35,729 nt of DNA from Ohtaekwangia sp. (GTDB lineage Bacteria > Bacteroidota > Bacteroidia > Cytophagales > Cyclobacteriaceae): positions 1-35,729 of the forward strand of contig DASPJC010000293.1 of NCBI GenBank assembly GCA_035628815.1, written 5' to 3'. Of the stretch, positions 6,582 through 16,817 are shown one piece after another. Positions within the stretch are counted from its first letter, which is position 1, and every line of letters begins with the position of its first letter. The notes under the pieces are model-generated. The model made no database searches. It saw nothing but the letters and a program-made list of their open reading frames with translations, and was not told the DNA's origin. Position numbers and translations under genes: made by a program.

Positions 6582-9071
6582 ATGAAATTAAGAACCTTTC
6601 TCTTTTTGCTTTTTGTTGTCTCCCTGCAGGTGAGTCTACGCGGACAGGATACCTTGTTTCTCGAGGTGCCGGCACTGGACAGATCAAAAATAAAACTCCG
6701 GGTAAATCGTCAGGTGCCATTGAAAAATGAAGGTGGCACGCTGCGGCTTGGCGCGTCGTGGATGTTCATGATCGTCAGTAAAACGGATGAACCATTTAAT
6801 GTTATGGTGTCGTCCGGCGGACAGATCAGGAGCATTTCGGATTTTAAAAAAGTGCATCCGGTATCAAACGGAAAGCTTGACGGTGCCTTAAGCCTTGGAG
6901 ATGACCTGCTGGTCAGGGTTGAGACCCCGGCTGAAAACATTATTACAACGTATACCGCCATTTTTGAAAAGCCGATGCTGAGGACGGAAAATCCGGTTAC
7001 CGGCTACAAGGTGGGATCAGCAATTTATGATGCACAGTTTTTGAGAAGTGCCGGCGATCAGCTTACCAAACTGAAGATCCTCGCCTATTATGCTGACGTG
7101 GAGACAATACCCGATGTGGTGATGGACGCCTACGATAGTAATAAATTTCTGGTGGATGTTGCCAGGCAAGTGACCAACGTATCAACGGCTCAGTCCGACA
7201 AAGCATTTCCAGGTTTGTCCGCTGCGTTTTCCGCTGTCGGCGGACTTGATGTTACAAACGTGGCCGATGGTTTAGCAAGGTTTCTCGTCAAGCGCACAAA
7301 GGAGGAACTGAACGTTGCATTTTTCGACAGGTTCAACGCGCACCTCCGCGACGATCGGTACAAGGACCTCCGGACCGTATTTCCTCAAACATACCGCACC
7401 TTCACGATTATTGGTGATGAGATCTATAACTACGAACGATATATCCAGACCCTGCGGGAAAATTTCAGGAATGATCTCAATAACCTGACCACGAACCTGC
7501 CGACCATCGTTGAGAATCACCCGGCATTCTTCAACGCTCACCCTGCGCTGGAAGCTATGCTGATGAGCAGTCTCTATACTGCGGAATCATTGCGTGACAA
7601 CGTTCATCCCGGGGATATCCTGAACGAGTTTCCCACGGCGTATTTAAATAAGCTTCAGCCTGCGTGGACAGGATCAATACAGACGCTACAGCTTTTTTCT
7701 GCATCCCTCCGCGACAGCGCACAAAATGAATCGTCGTACTGGGTAGACCTGAAAACGATAAAAAATGCATTCAGGGACACCGTTGTTTTCAGGCTTTACC
7801 TGGGACTGACATACCAGCTTGCGGTGAGCCGGTATGACAACGTTGTTTATAACGCGGGAACTTCACTGGTATCGATCCTGGATTCACTCGGCCGTAATAA
7901 CCTGCAGGCTTATCAGAATTATGTGGTAAGACTGGGGGCAAAAACGGATAAGCTCGCGAAGATGATCCGGGACTACCGCAGGCCGGGGAATGATTCACTG
8001 GCTGTCGAGCAACATTATAACTACTTCAAAACTTCTGTCGACTTGCTGGCATACACTACGGAGATCTCCACACTGCCGCTGATTTCGCAAAAACTACCTA
8101 ACCTCCGTGATTCTTTGCAAGATTATTTCGACGTGATGAATACCACGGCGGATCTGGTACTGGACATTAACCGCAAAAATTATTCGTCAGCCATCGCTAA
8201 CGCAACCCATATCTATGACATTGTTCGTGTTAAACGCAGCAGGACCAATAAACGCGTGTTGACCGATCAGCTCGCCGATCTGAAACGGGCTGAACGCGCT
8301 GCGGGGAATGCTGTGGAGCGGAGCAGCATCAGGGCACAGACCGACTTCACCCGTGCAAGCCTCGAGAAAGCCGAGGCTTCTGCCGATTCGGCCAGCGGTG
8401 TTATGCGTAAACTTTTTACCTATGGATCCTTTATGTCGGGCATCGTCAAGGCTGAATCACCCGATGACGTTCAGAATGCCATCGAAGCGTTTGCCCTTCC
8501 GACCGGTTCTGCCCGGATCAAAAGAGAGACGTCGTTTAACGTGTCGCTCAATGCTTACCTCGGTCCATATCTCGGCATGGAGAAGATCCGCGGCCTGGAA
8601 CGGAACAGCCAGGGTACATTCGGACTCACGGCGCCCGTCGGGATCTCCATCAGTCGTGGCCACTCCATTTTTTTCGTCAATACACCCGCGGCCGGGTGGG
8701 ATAAGGGGCGCTATGGATGGTCTACCTCCCTGTTTTTTTCACTGATCGATATTGGCGCGTTGGCGTCGTACCGGTTTGAGGAGAACGAAGCGGTGGTCGA
8801 TGATTCGTCTTCCGTAATTGTGCCCCAGGTGGCCGCCATCAAATTGAAAAACATTATTTCTCCCGGTGCATTCCTCTCCATCGGTATCCCGAAAAGTCCG
8901 CTATCAATAAATGCCGGCGTCCAGCTTGGCCCGAACCTGAGGTCGGTTAAAGCCGCAGAGGGTTCCACCACCACAAACAACACCTATGCCGATAACCTGT
9001 ACTGGCGATGGAGTGTTTCACTTGTCGTGGATATCCCGATCCTGAATTTTTATACAAAGCCGAAGGATTAA
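6582..9071 (+). CDS. Large exported hypothetical protein; helical core with a probable C-terminal outer-membrane beta-barrel
   Basis: Signal peptide MKLRTFLFLLFVVSLQVSLRG|Q (ATG 6582, 10 nt after the upstream stop); long amphipathic-helical middle; last ~180 aa have alternating-hydrophobic strands (FNVSLNAYLG, FGLTAPVGISIS, STSLFFSLID, LSINAGVQLG, WRWSVSLVVDI). Confidence 0.85.
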   Translation: MKLRTFLFLLFVVSLQVSLRGQDTLFLEVPALDRSKIKLRVNRQVPLKNEGGTLRLGASWMFMIVSKTDEPFNVMVSSGGQIRSISDFKKVHPVSNGKLDGALSLGDDLLVRVETPAENIITTYTAIFEKPMLRTENPVTGYKVGSAIYDAQFLRSAGDQLTKLKILAYYADVETIPDVVMDAYDSNKFLVDVARQVTNVSTAQSDKAFPGLSAAFSAVGGLDVTNVADGLARFLVKRTKEELNVAFFDRFNAHLRDDRYKDLRTVFPQTYRTFTIIGDEIYNYERYIQTLRENFRNDLNNLTTNLPTIVENHPAFFNAHPALEAMLMSSLYTAESLRDNVHPGDILNEFPTAYLNKLQPAWTGSIQTLQLFSASLRDSAQNESSYWVDLKTIKNAFRDTVVFRLYLGLTYQLAVSRYDNVVYNAGTSLVSILDSLGRNNLQAYQNYVVRLGAKTDKLAKMIRDYRRPGNDSLAVEQHYNYFKTSVDLLAYTTEISTLPLISQKLPNLRDSLQDYFDVMNTTADLVLDINRKNYSSAIANATHIYDIVRVKRSRTNKRVLTDQLADLKRAERAAGNAVERSSIRAQTDFTRASLEKAEASADSASGVMRKLFTYGSFMSGIVKAESPDDVQNAIEAFALPTGSARIKRETSFNVSLNAYLGPYLGMEKIRGLERNSQGTFGLTAPVGISISRGHSIFFVNTPAAGWDKGRYGWSTSLFFSLIDIGALASYRFEENEAVVDDSSSVIVPQVAAIKLKNIISPGAFLSIGIPKSPLSINAGVQLGPNLRSVKAAEGSTTTNNTYADNLYWRWSVSLVVDIPILNFYTKPKD

Positions 9072-9081
9072 CAGGCATTAA

Positions 9082-10221
9082 CTATCCTGCCGTGTCTTCG
9101 GGTGTCAGGTTTGGTATAATGATCTTGAAAGTTGTGCCGATGCCCAACTCGGAATCAACGGAGATCGTGCCTTCGAGTTTGTCGACCGTTTCCTTTACAA
9201 TGTACAGCCCCAGCCCGGAACCCTCAGACAGGTCTGTCGCCCGGAAGAACATTTCAAAGATCCGCTCAACCGTGTCTTTGGATACGCCGATACCATTGTC
9301 CTTAAAGTAAATGACCATGGTTTCACTGGTGATCATACCTTCGATCGTGATGGCCGATTCTTTTTTTTGCGGATCCTTGTATTTGATGCTGTTCGATATC
9401 AGGTTATTGAAAATCACCATCAACCGGTAGTGATCTGAGTTGAGCGGTGCTGCTTCATGAATGTCAATCACTTTGTGTACCTCACTTGCGCCTGGGATAT
9501 ACTTCATGTTTTCAAAGCAGTCGTCAATGACTTTCCGGATATCCACAGGTGTGATGTGAAGGTCACTCCGGGCATTTTTCGAGTAGTCAAGGATCTCCTT
9601 AAGTGTTTCGTCGAGCTTGTGTATACTCGAGCGCATCATATCGAAGAGTTGTTCCTTGCTGCCGGAAGACATCGCTTTCTGGTCTTCAATCTGAACCAGG
9701 TTCACCAGTCCAAGTACAGACATCAGGGGCGCCCGCAGGTTGTGCGAGACACTGTACACGAAGCTGTCCAGCTCCTTGTTGATCTTTGTCAGCTCAGTAT
9801 TTTGTTTTCGCAGGCTCGTTTCGGCCTTCTTCTTCTTTTTTTCCAGGTGCCGTTGTTTCACGGCGTTCATAATCGCGGAAGGCAAACGTGCGAGATTCGA
9901 TTTCAGGATATAGTCGTCCGCGCCGTGCTTCAGCGACGTCACGGCGAATTCTTCCGAAACGGTCCCGGTAACCAGGATGAAAGGAATTTTCAGTCCGGCT
10001 TCCCGGCATAATTTAAGCGCTTCCATGGAATTAAATTGCGGTAACCCATGATCGGACAAAATTACATCGGGTCTGAATTCATGCAGGGCGCTTTTAAATT
10101 GTTCTTTTGCATCGACACATTGGCTTATAAATACCAGACCTTCTTTGCGGAGTGTATAGTTAATTAAATTAAAGTCGTCTTCACTGTCTTCCAAAACCAG
10201 GATGTTCAGCCGCTTCTCCAT
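9082..10221 (-). CDS. Hybrid response-regulator receiver / histidine kinase (REC-HisKA-HATPase)
   Basis: REC: ILVLEDSEDD, VILSDHGLP, GADDYILK. H-box FVYSVSHNLRAPL; N-box NNLISNSIKY; G1 DNGIG; G2 GSGLGLYIV. Confidence 0.95.
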   Translation of the reverse strand: MEKRLNILVLEDSEDDFNLINYTLRKEGLVFISQCVDAKEQFKSALHEFRPDVILSDHGLPQFNSMEALKLCREAGLKIPFILVTGTVSEEFAVTSLKHGADDYILKSNLARLPSAIMNAVKQRHLEKKKKKAETSLRKQNTELTKINKELDSFVYSVSHNLRAPLMSVLGLVNLVQIEDQKAMSSGSKEQLFDMMRSSIHKLDETLKEILDYSKNARSDLHITPVDIRKVIDDCFENMKYIPGASEVHKVIDIHEAAPLNSDHYRLMVIFNNLISNSIKYKDPQKKESAITIEGMITSETMVIYFKDNGIGVSKDTVERIFEMFFRATDLSEGSGLGLYIVKETVDKLEGTISVDSELGIGTTFKIIIPNLTPEDTAG

Positions 10222-10780
10222 TTCTATAGATTTAAGATATATTGATACTAACGTTAATCTTTAATTATGTTTTAAGGTAAGCCTGGACTACCGGCGTATT
10301 CGACGAACCGCATTAACCATCAAGACGGCTTTTAGCGTTTGCGATTAGCCACATTTAAAAAAGGAAAAATTGGTGCCATAAAAAGATTAGATCCAACGGT
10401 TCATGTATGTTTGGCCGAAGAAACGCTTTTTTGAAACCGGGCTAAAATGTTCCTGTATACGGATTTAAGAACCCCATTGGGCAGGCGGCAAGAAAACTAA
10501 TGTAAGAAAATGTGAAAAGCGCGATGTTTTCAGCTGGAAAGAATTTGGTTCATTCCAAAATAGGGGCAGCTTTTTCACTATAGGCCGCACGTTGGAAATC
10601 AGCCAAACTGAAGGGCTTTCGATGAACTGCTGGTACCATCGTTAGATAGCCCATACGTTAATGGCCGGGAACAGCAACATCAGAAACTCCCTTTTTGAAG
10701 TGCGCTGAATCGCCTTTATAAAAAGTTCTTCCCATTTTAGATGTTGAACAATAGGAATGTGAGTTGTCAGGGAGGCAGCA

Positions 10781-10817
10781 TGTTCACAGTCGCGGTTAGC
10801 TTTCGCCACTGTGAACA
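10781..10817. terminator. Stem-loop just downstream of the GSDH gene (terminator or 3'-stabilising hairpin)
   Basis: TGTTCACAGT (10781-10790) and ACTGTGAACA (10808-10817) form a perfect 10-bp inverted repeat 13 nt past the stop at 10831. No strong U tract. Confidence 0.5.
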
Positions 10818-10830
10818 AAGGCCTCTTTAA

Positions 10831-12138
10831 TTAGTCGTCTATTTTATATACCGCGCCGGAGTTGGCGCTGCCGCTACTGGTCAGCACGTATACCTCGCCG
10901 TCATTATCCTGCCCGAAGCCCAGCACGAACATGTTCAGCTCGTTGTCATCCAGGTTGTTAAAGGATATTTTTTCATAATCCCAGGTATCCCCGGAACGGT
11001 CGGCCGCGAAGATAGCGCCATTCATTGCATCGCTGTCTTGCGTCAGTACACCGAAAATGTATTTGCCGTCCAGTGATGGTACTTCATCGTCCTGGTAAAC
11101 ATATCCGCCAATGGATACGTTGCCCAGGCCGTCGCTGAAACTTTTCGAATTTTTGAATTCGATCACCGGATCGATAAGGGCGTTGCCCAGGTCATCTTCC
11201 GTTGGACAATCACCGGGCGGAACATCCGGGTTAGCGGTAGAAAAGCAATGCGCGCCCTCTTTGACGTTCCATCCATAATTACCACCTTTCTCCACGAGAT
11301 CAATCTCTTCATAAAGTTCCTGACCGGCATCCGCCAGGATGATATTGTTGTCGGGGCCGAAACAAAATCGATATGGATTCCGCAGTCCATAAGCAAAGAT
11401 TTCATCCAGACCATCTGTGTCTACGAACGGATTGTCAGCAGGAATTGCGTAACCCTCCGTAGGTGATACATCGATCCGAAGGATGCTGCCCAGCAAGTTC
11501 TGTGTGATGTCCTGACCATTGCCGCCTTCGTTCGCTTCATACCAATCGTCAACATGGCCTTCATCCACGTCGTCACCGCCACCACCATCGCCTGTTGAGA
11601 TGTAAAGGTATCCATCACTTCCGAAAGCGATCATGCCGGCGTTATGGTTGGGTTGCGGGTGATCCATGGCAAGAATAATTCGTTCTGAAGCAATGTCACC
11701 CTGATCCGCATTTCCGGACACGTGGTATTCGGCAACATAGTTGGTGTGATCCCAGCCTTCCGGACCTTCCTCCCGCAGCGGTCCGCTATAAAAAACAAAG
11801 AGTCTGCCGTTGCTGGCATAATCCGGGTGGAACGCAAGCCCCAGCAAGCCGCGTTCATCCTGTGCGCCTTGCCGCGCAACAAGCTTGCTTTGGATATCGA
11901 GGAATGGCGTGGTTAGTCGTTCATCGTCTTTGATGACGTAAATCTGGCCGGGCTGATCCACAACGAATAACCGGTCAGTGTTATCGGGTGATTCAACAAG
12001 CACCAGGGGCGAGACCAATCCGTCAGTTACAAGATTCAGCGAGATATTCTCATCCTGACCATCATCACCGTCATCATCATCGCATGCACCGGACAAGGCC
12101 AGCAGCGCGCCCATCGTTAAAATAGTAAGGTATTTCAT
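10831..12138 (-). CDS. PQQ-dependent sugar dehydrogenase (glucose/sorbosone dehydrogenase, GSDH family) lipoprotein
   Basis: Lipobox LSGA|C; ERGLLGLAFHPDY, NHNAGMIAFGSDGYLYISTGDGG, EIFAYGLRNPYR, GGNYGW. Start placed at MKYL (12138). Confidence 0.92.
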   Translation of the reverse strand: MKYLTILTMGALLALSGACDDDDGDDGQDENISLNLVTDGLVSPLVLVESPDNTDRLFVVDQPGQIYVIKDDERLTTPFLDIQSKLVARQGAQDERGLLGLAFHPDYASNGRLFVFYSGPLREEGPEGWDHTNYVAEYHVSGNADQGDIASERIILAMDHPQPNHNAGMIAFGSDGYLYISTGDGGGGDDVDEGHVDDWYEANEGGNGQDITQNLLGSILRIDVSPTEGYAIPADNPFVDTDGLDEIFAYGLRNPYRFCFGPDNNIILADAGQELYEEIDLVEKGGNYGWNVKEGAHCFSTANPDVPPGDCPTEDDLGNALIDPVIEFKNSKSFSDGLGNVSIGGYVYQDDEVPSLDGKYIFGVLTQDSDAMNGAIFAADRSGDTWDYEKISFNNLDDNELNMFVLGFGQDNDGEVYVLTSSGSANSGAVYKIDD

Positions 12139-12464
12139 GTTGTTAAAAATTAAGTGAAAAACGTCCATGATTCGCAGTGGGCAGGTCGTGCAACAGGCTA
12201 TTAACGAAGGGAACGATTCACCGCTGTGTCATGATTATAACGGCCCTGTGCACGCGGTGCCATTTGTATCATTGAAAAATTTTATTCCATTATGTCTTGG
12301 GGAAGAATATGGTTGTTTAACAGGCAATTGTTTACGACGAACGGGCAATTGACCATTTATTCCCACAAACATTTTTGAATTAGCGACCCCGTTGCATCAA
12401 GTCTAAGCGATATGCACGCTAAAACCTTGAATCACCTGCTGCCGGGTGCCTGATATATACTCGG

Positions 12465-13130
12465 CTATTGCTGGTCCTTCCGGTGCTTTACAACTTTGGC
12501 TTCGATGTGAAAAACGATTTCTTCTCCAATATTTTTTGTGAGATCACCGGCCCGTTCGAGATTCCTGGTGATGGAAAATAGGTTCAGCAGAATTTTTGCA
12601 TCCCCGGGGTAGTCTTTCATCAGCTCGGCGGTGGTCTTCATCGCTTTTTTATTGTAGTCGTTCAGAAATTCGTCGCGCTTGGTGGTTTTTCGTGCGAGCT
12701 TCGTATCGCTTTCGCGAAGCGCTTCACCCATGTCTTTCAACATGGAAATCAGGACATCGAGCATGGCCTCCAGCTTGAATGTCCCCAGCCATTCTCTGGG
12801 ATAATCGTTCTTGTTGTTGATCAGAAATTTTGCCAGGCTTTTCGCATTGTCGCCGATGCGTTCCAGGTCGTTGGTGATTTTCAGGGTAGCCAGCACCAAC
12901 CGCAGATCGGTTGCCACCGGTGTAAACAGGGCGAGTATATTTTCACAATCACGATCGATGGCCAGTTCCTGGACATTTACTTTTTTCTCATCTTCGAGTA
13001 CTTCGGCCGCGAGTGACAAGTCATTCTTCCGAATGGCATCTTTGCACTTTACCATCTGATTGCGTACCAGCGAGAGCATGTCAAGCAGGTTATCTTTCAG
13101 GGCTTGTAATTCCGGTTCTATTGCTGGCAT
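12465..13130 (-). CDS. phoU: Phosphate signalling complex protein PhoU
   Basis: PVATDLR, DLERIGD and NLERAGDLTKNIGE repeats; last gene of the pst operon. Confidence 0.95.
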   Translation of the reverse strand: MPAIEPELQALKDNLLDMLSLVRNQMVKCKDAIRKNDLSLAAEVLEDEKKVNVQELAIDRDCENILALFTPVATDLRLVLATLKITNDLERIGDNAKSLAKFLINNKNDYPREWLGTFKLEAMLDVLISMLKDMGEALRESDTKLARKTTKRDEFLNDYNKKAMKTTAELMKDYPGDAKILLNLFSITRNLERAGDLTKNIGEEIVFHIEAKVVKHRKDQQ

Positions 13131-13188
13131 GACTTAAAATGTATCGGTTGGGTAATCGTGAATCAAGTTAATGAATCCAACAGTCAGG

Positions 13189-13941
13189 TTATCCAAACCT
13201 GCCCGTGATGTAATTTTCCGTTTGTTTATGTCGCGGATTGGTGAACAACTCGGATGTCTTTTCATACTCTACAAGATCGCCAAGATAAAAGAACGCCGTG
13301 CGGTCACTAACCCGCGCCGCCTGCTGCATATTGTGTGTGACGATGACGATTGTATATTTTTCTTTCAACTCGCTGATGAGTTCCTCAATTTTTGCCGTGG
13401 ATATGGGATCAAGGGCGGAGGCCGGCTCATCCATGAGAATGATTGTCGGTTTCACCGCCAGCGTTCGGGCAATACAGAGACGTTGCTGCTGTCCCCCGGA
13501 AAGCGAGAGCGCAGGCTTGTTGAGAATATCCTTCACTTCGCCCCACAGGGCGGATTGTTTCAGAGACTTCTCCACGGTCTCCTCGATTTCTTTTTTGTTG
13601 GTGATGCCGTGGATTTTAAGGCCGTATGCAACATTTTCAAAAATTGATTTTGGAAAAGGGTTCGGTTTCTGGAACACCATTCCTACCTGGCGTCGCAGTT
13701 CCTCAACGCGGACCTTTTTATCATAGATCTCTTTGCCATCAATGTATACTTTTCCTTTTTTCCGGAAACTCTCGATGTAGTCATTCATTCGGTTCAATGT
13801 GCGCAAAAATGTCGACTTGCCACATCCCGACGGGCCGATGAAAGCCGTTACCGTATTCTCCTTGATCGATAGCGTAATGTCTTTCAACACATGATTGTCA
13901 CCATAGTAAACGTTCACATTTTTTGCCTCGATGTGTTTCAT
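13189..13941 (-). CDS. pstB: Phosphate ABC transporter ATP-binding protein
   Basis: [64 protein letters not shown]. Confidence 0.98.
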   Translation of the reverse strand: MKHIEAKNVNVYYGDNHVLKDITLSIKENTVTAFIGPSGCGKSTFLRTLNRMNDYIESFRKKGKVYIDGKEIYDKKVRVEELRRQVGMVFQKPNPFPKSIFENVAYGLKIHGITNKKEIEETVEKSLKQSALWGEVKDILNKPALSLSGGQQQRLCIARTLAVKPTIILMDEPASALDPISTAKIEELISELKEKYTIVIVTHNMQQAARVSDRTAFFYLGDLVEYEKTSELFTNPRHKQTENYITGRFG

Positions 13942-13954
13942 GTTCTTGGTTTTA

Positions 13955-14812
13955 CTACCAACTTATTTTTTTCTGCCACTTGTTTCTCAGGTAAACGGCA
14001 ACACCGTTCATGACAAAAGTGAGGATCAGCAATATGACGATCGCGGCCGCGCCATTCACCAGGAAGGCCGGTTGCGGCCGGGATACCCAGTTGAAAATCT
14101 GGATCGGCAATACAGTGAATTCATCCATGGGGTGCTGCGCGACGAAAGGAACGTAGGCCAATGCACCGATCACAATGAGTGGCGCCGTTTCGCCTACGGC
14201 ACGTGACAGCGCCAGAATGATACCTGTTAAAATACCGCCGGAAGCAGCGGGAAGTATCTGGTACCATATGGTCTGCCATTTTGTAGCACCCATTCCGTAC
14301 GATGCCTCCCGTAAGGAGTTCGGAACTGCCTTCAGCGCCTCACGCGTCGCAACGATAATAATCGGCAGGATCAACAATGCCAGTGTAAACGCACCGGCCA
14401 GCAGGCTGCCACCAAATTGCAGGGTGCGTACAAATATTTCAAGGCCAAGCAGCCCATAAATAACAGAAGGAACGCCGGCAAGATTTGCGATATTCAGTTC
14501 GACAATGTAAGCGAAGCGGTTTTTCTTTCCATACTCCTGCAGGTAAATGCCAGCGGCCACGCCAAGCGGGATGGAAATAATGGCCGTGAGTCCAAGGATC
14601 CATGCTGTTCCAGTCCAGGCCGTTAATATGCCCGCTTTTTCAGCACGACGAGAGGGGAGATTAGTCAGGAAGTCCCAGTCGATGCGCTGCAGACCATCCA
14701 TCAGGATATTCGCGATGAAAATGACGAGCATGACCAGACCGAAAAATGTGCAGCAAATCCCGACGTATTTGAACGCCTTGTCGAACAACCGGTTAAGATC
14801 GTTGTTACTCAT
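13955..14812 (-). CDS. pstA: Phosphate ABC transporter permease PstA
   Basis: [40 protein letters not shown]; operon position. Confidence 0.96.
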   Translation of the reverse strand: MSNNDLNRLFDKAFKYVGICCTFFGLVMLVIFIANILMDGLQRIDWDFLTNLPSRRAEKAGILTAWTGTAWILGLTAIISIPLGVAAGIYLQEYGKKNRFAYIVELNIANLAGVPSVIYGLLGLEIFVRTLQFGGSLLAGAFTLALLILPIIIVATREALKAVPNSLREASYGMGATKWQTIWYQILPAASGGILTGIILALSRAVGETAPLIVIGALAYVPFVAQHPMDEFTVLPIQIFNWVSRPQPAFLVNGAAAIVILLILTFVMNGVAVYLRNKWQKKISW

Positions 14813-15683
14813 ACTTCTCCTGGTATTTTTTCTTGATCCAAAAACTCACATTATTCAGCAGGAAGGTGAAGACGAACAAGGTAGCACCGGCCGCAAAAAT
14901 GGTTTTGTATTCCATTGTCCCATGCTGTACATCGCCCATGCTGACCTGAACGATGTAAGCGGTTATCGTCTCGACGGCGTCGCGCGGATCCAGCGTGAGG
15001 GTGGGTTGCTGACCGGCTGCAATGGCGACAACCATCGTCTCACCAATAGCCCGTGCGATAGCCAGGATCACGGATACCAGAATGCCGGATGAAGCTGCAG
15101 GGACAACTACTTTAAAAGAAGTCTGAAACGTAGTTGCACCCATACCGTACGAAGCTTCCCGCAGTGATTTCGGAACTGCATACAGGGCATCCTCGCTCAA
15201 GGAAGACACAACCGGTATGATCATTATGCCCATTACGAGGCCTGCTGACAACGCGTTGAACGTACCCAGGCCGGGAATAAAGGTCTGCAGAAATGGTGTG
15301 ACCACGGTTAACGCGAAAAACCCGTATACAACGGTCGGGACAGCTGCCAGTATTTCAAGCGCCGGCTTAACCGTCCTTCGGAAGTCTTTATCCGCATACT
15401 CGCTCAGGTACACGGCAATGATAATACCGAGGGGCAGCGCGGTGAGTATGGCAATGAGTGTTGTGAGCAACGTTCCGGAGAGCAACGGCAGAATGCCGTA
15501 ACGTTTTTGCGCAAAAAGCGGCGTCCATTCTGTGTCGAACAGAAAAGCGGAAAGCGGAATTTCTGAAAAGAATCCCCATGACTCCGACACAAGTACCCAG
15601 ATGATCCCGATCGTCGTAAGGATGGTGACCATGCCGCTAAGCGCCAGTATCTTTTCAATTATCTTTTCGCCTGGCCTTTTCAC
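14805..15683 (-). CDS. pstC: Phosphate ABC transporter permease PstC
   Basis: EILAAVPTVVYGFFAL, ARAIGETMVV; GTG start; overlaps pstA by 8 nt. Confidence 0.96.
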   Translation of the reverse strand: MKRPGEKIIEKILALSGMVTILTTIGIIWVLVSESWGFFSEIPLSAFLFDTEWTPLFAQKRYGILPLLSGTLLTTLIAILTALPLGIIIAVYLSEYADKDFRRTVKPALEILAAVPTVVYGFFALTVVTPFLQTFIPGLGTFNALSAGLVMGIMIIPVVSSLSEDALYAVPKSLREASYGMGATTFQTSFKVVVPAASSGILVSVILAIARAIGETMVVAIAAGQQPTLTLDPRDAVETITAYIVQVSMGDVQHGTMEYKTIFAAGATLFVFTFLLNNVSFWIKKKYQEKYE

Positions 15684-15744
15684 GATGCTTGGTGAAGATA
15701 CTTTTCACTGATTTCAAATTCCTTTTTGCCATCCTGGCGTCTCA

Positions 15745-16689
15745 TCACCGCGGCACCGTAAACTTTTCAAAAGCCGCCTGTTGCGCCTGGTATTCTTCGG
15801 AGGACAACGGAATGTACCCGACATCAGGAACGAGCACTTCAGCATTATTCAAATAAAACTGAACAAACGACCTGACTTCTTCTCTACTGGCGGCTTTGTC
15901 GCTCACATAAAGGTACACGGCGCGCGCCAGCGGTGAATAGGTACCATCCTTAATGGTTTCAACAGAAGGAAGGACAGGCCCTTTTCCATTATCAACGGGA
16001 ACGAGCTTTAGCTGCTCCCTGTTCTCTTCATAGTACGCAAGACCAAAGAAAGCCAGTCCATTTTTATCGCCGGCCACACCCTGAACCAGAACGTTGTCAT
16101 CTTCGCTGGCTGTAAAGTCGCCTCTGCTGGCACCACTTTGTCCGACGACAGCTTCCGTGAAATAATCGTACGTTCCGGACGCAACGCCAGGACCGTACAA
16201 ATGAAATTCATCCGCGGGCCACTCCGGCCGGATCTGATTCCATCGCGTGACCTTGCCTTGCGCCGAAGGTTCCCATATTTTTTTGAGCTCTTCAACGGTA
16301 AGTTTATCGGCCCATGTATTTTCTTTGTTCACAACGATCGCCAGTCCGTCAAAGGCAACCTTCAACGCAATGTGTTGGATCGCACCTTCATTGCACACCG
16401 CAGCTTCCTGGGCTTTGATGGGTCTTGAGGCATTGTTGATATCGATCTCGCCACGGCAAAATTTCTTGAAGCCACCACCGGTTCCCGATACGCCAACCGT
16501 TATCCTTACATCCGGCTGTTCCAGTCTGAATTCCTCAGCGGCTGCCTCTGTGATGGGGTACACTGTACTGGATCCATCGATCCGGATCTCGCCCTGAACC
16601 TTCGTTGATCCTTCGGAAGCGCTTTTTGAACCGCATGCTGACAATAATCCCGTCGCCACAACAAACCCTGCCACTATTCTGAAATTCAT
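15745..16689 (-). CDS. pstS: Phosphate ABC transporter substrate-binding lipoprotein PstS
   Basis: Lipobox LLSA|C; DGSSTVYP, SGTGGGFKKF, SGTYDYF, SEDDNVLVQGV. Start placed at MNFRIV (16689). Confidence 0.95.
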   Translation of the reverse strand: MNFRIVAGFVVATGLLSACGSKSASEGSTKVQGEIRIDGSSTVYPITEAAAEEFRLEQPDVRITVGVSGTGGGFKKFCRGEIDINNASRPIKAQEAAVCNEGAIQHIALKVAFDGLAIVVNKENTWADKLTVEELKKIWEPSAQGKVTRWNQIRPEWPADEFHLYGPGVASGTYDYFTEAVVGQSGASRGDFTASEDDNVLVQGVAGDKNGLAFFGLAYYEENREQLKLVPVDNGKGPVLPSVETIKDGTYSPLARAVYLYVSDKAASREEVRSFVQFYLNNAEVLVPDVGYIPLSSEEYQAQQAAFEKFTVPR

Positions 16690-16752
16690 ATCCGGATGTA
16701 GTTTATGTTTCCGGCAAAGGTATTGTGCAGGCAAGTATCCGGCGTATTCTCA

Positions 16753-16817
16753 ATGTTAAGTTTATGTTAACTTATTTATGTTTATGTTAAGTTAAATGAT
16801 GGTGATGTAATTGTTAA
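16753..16817. promoter_or_regulatory. Pho-box-like direct repeats between divergent pstS and porin genes
   Basis: ATGTTAA at 16753, 16764 (11-bp spacing) and 16784; TTGTTAA at 16811. Confidence 0.6.

Noticed and set aside
12050-12085. TCA/TCG triplet run (Asp tract CDDDDGDDGQDE)
   Set aside because: Ordinary acidic linker after a lipoprotein cysteine; imperfect, so unlikely to be a phase-variable repeat.
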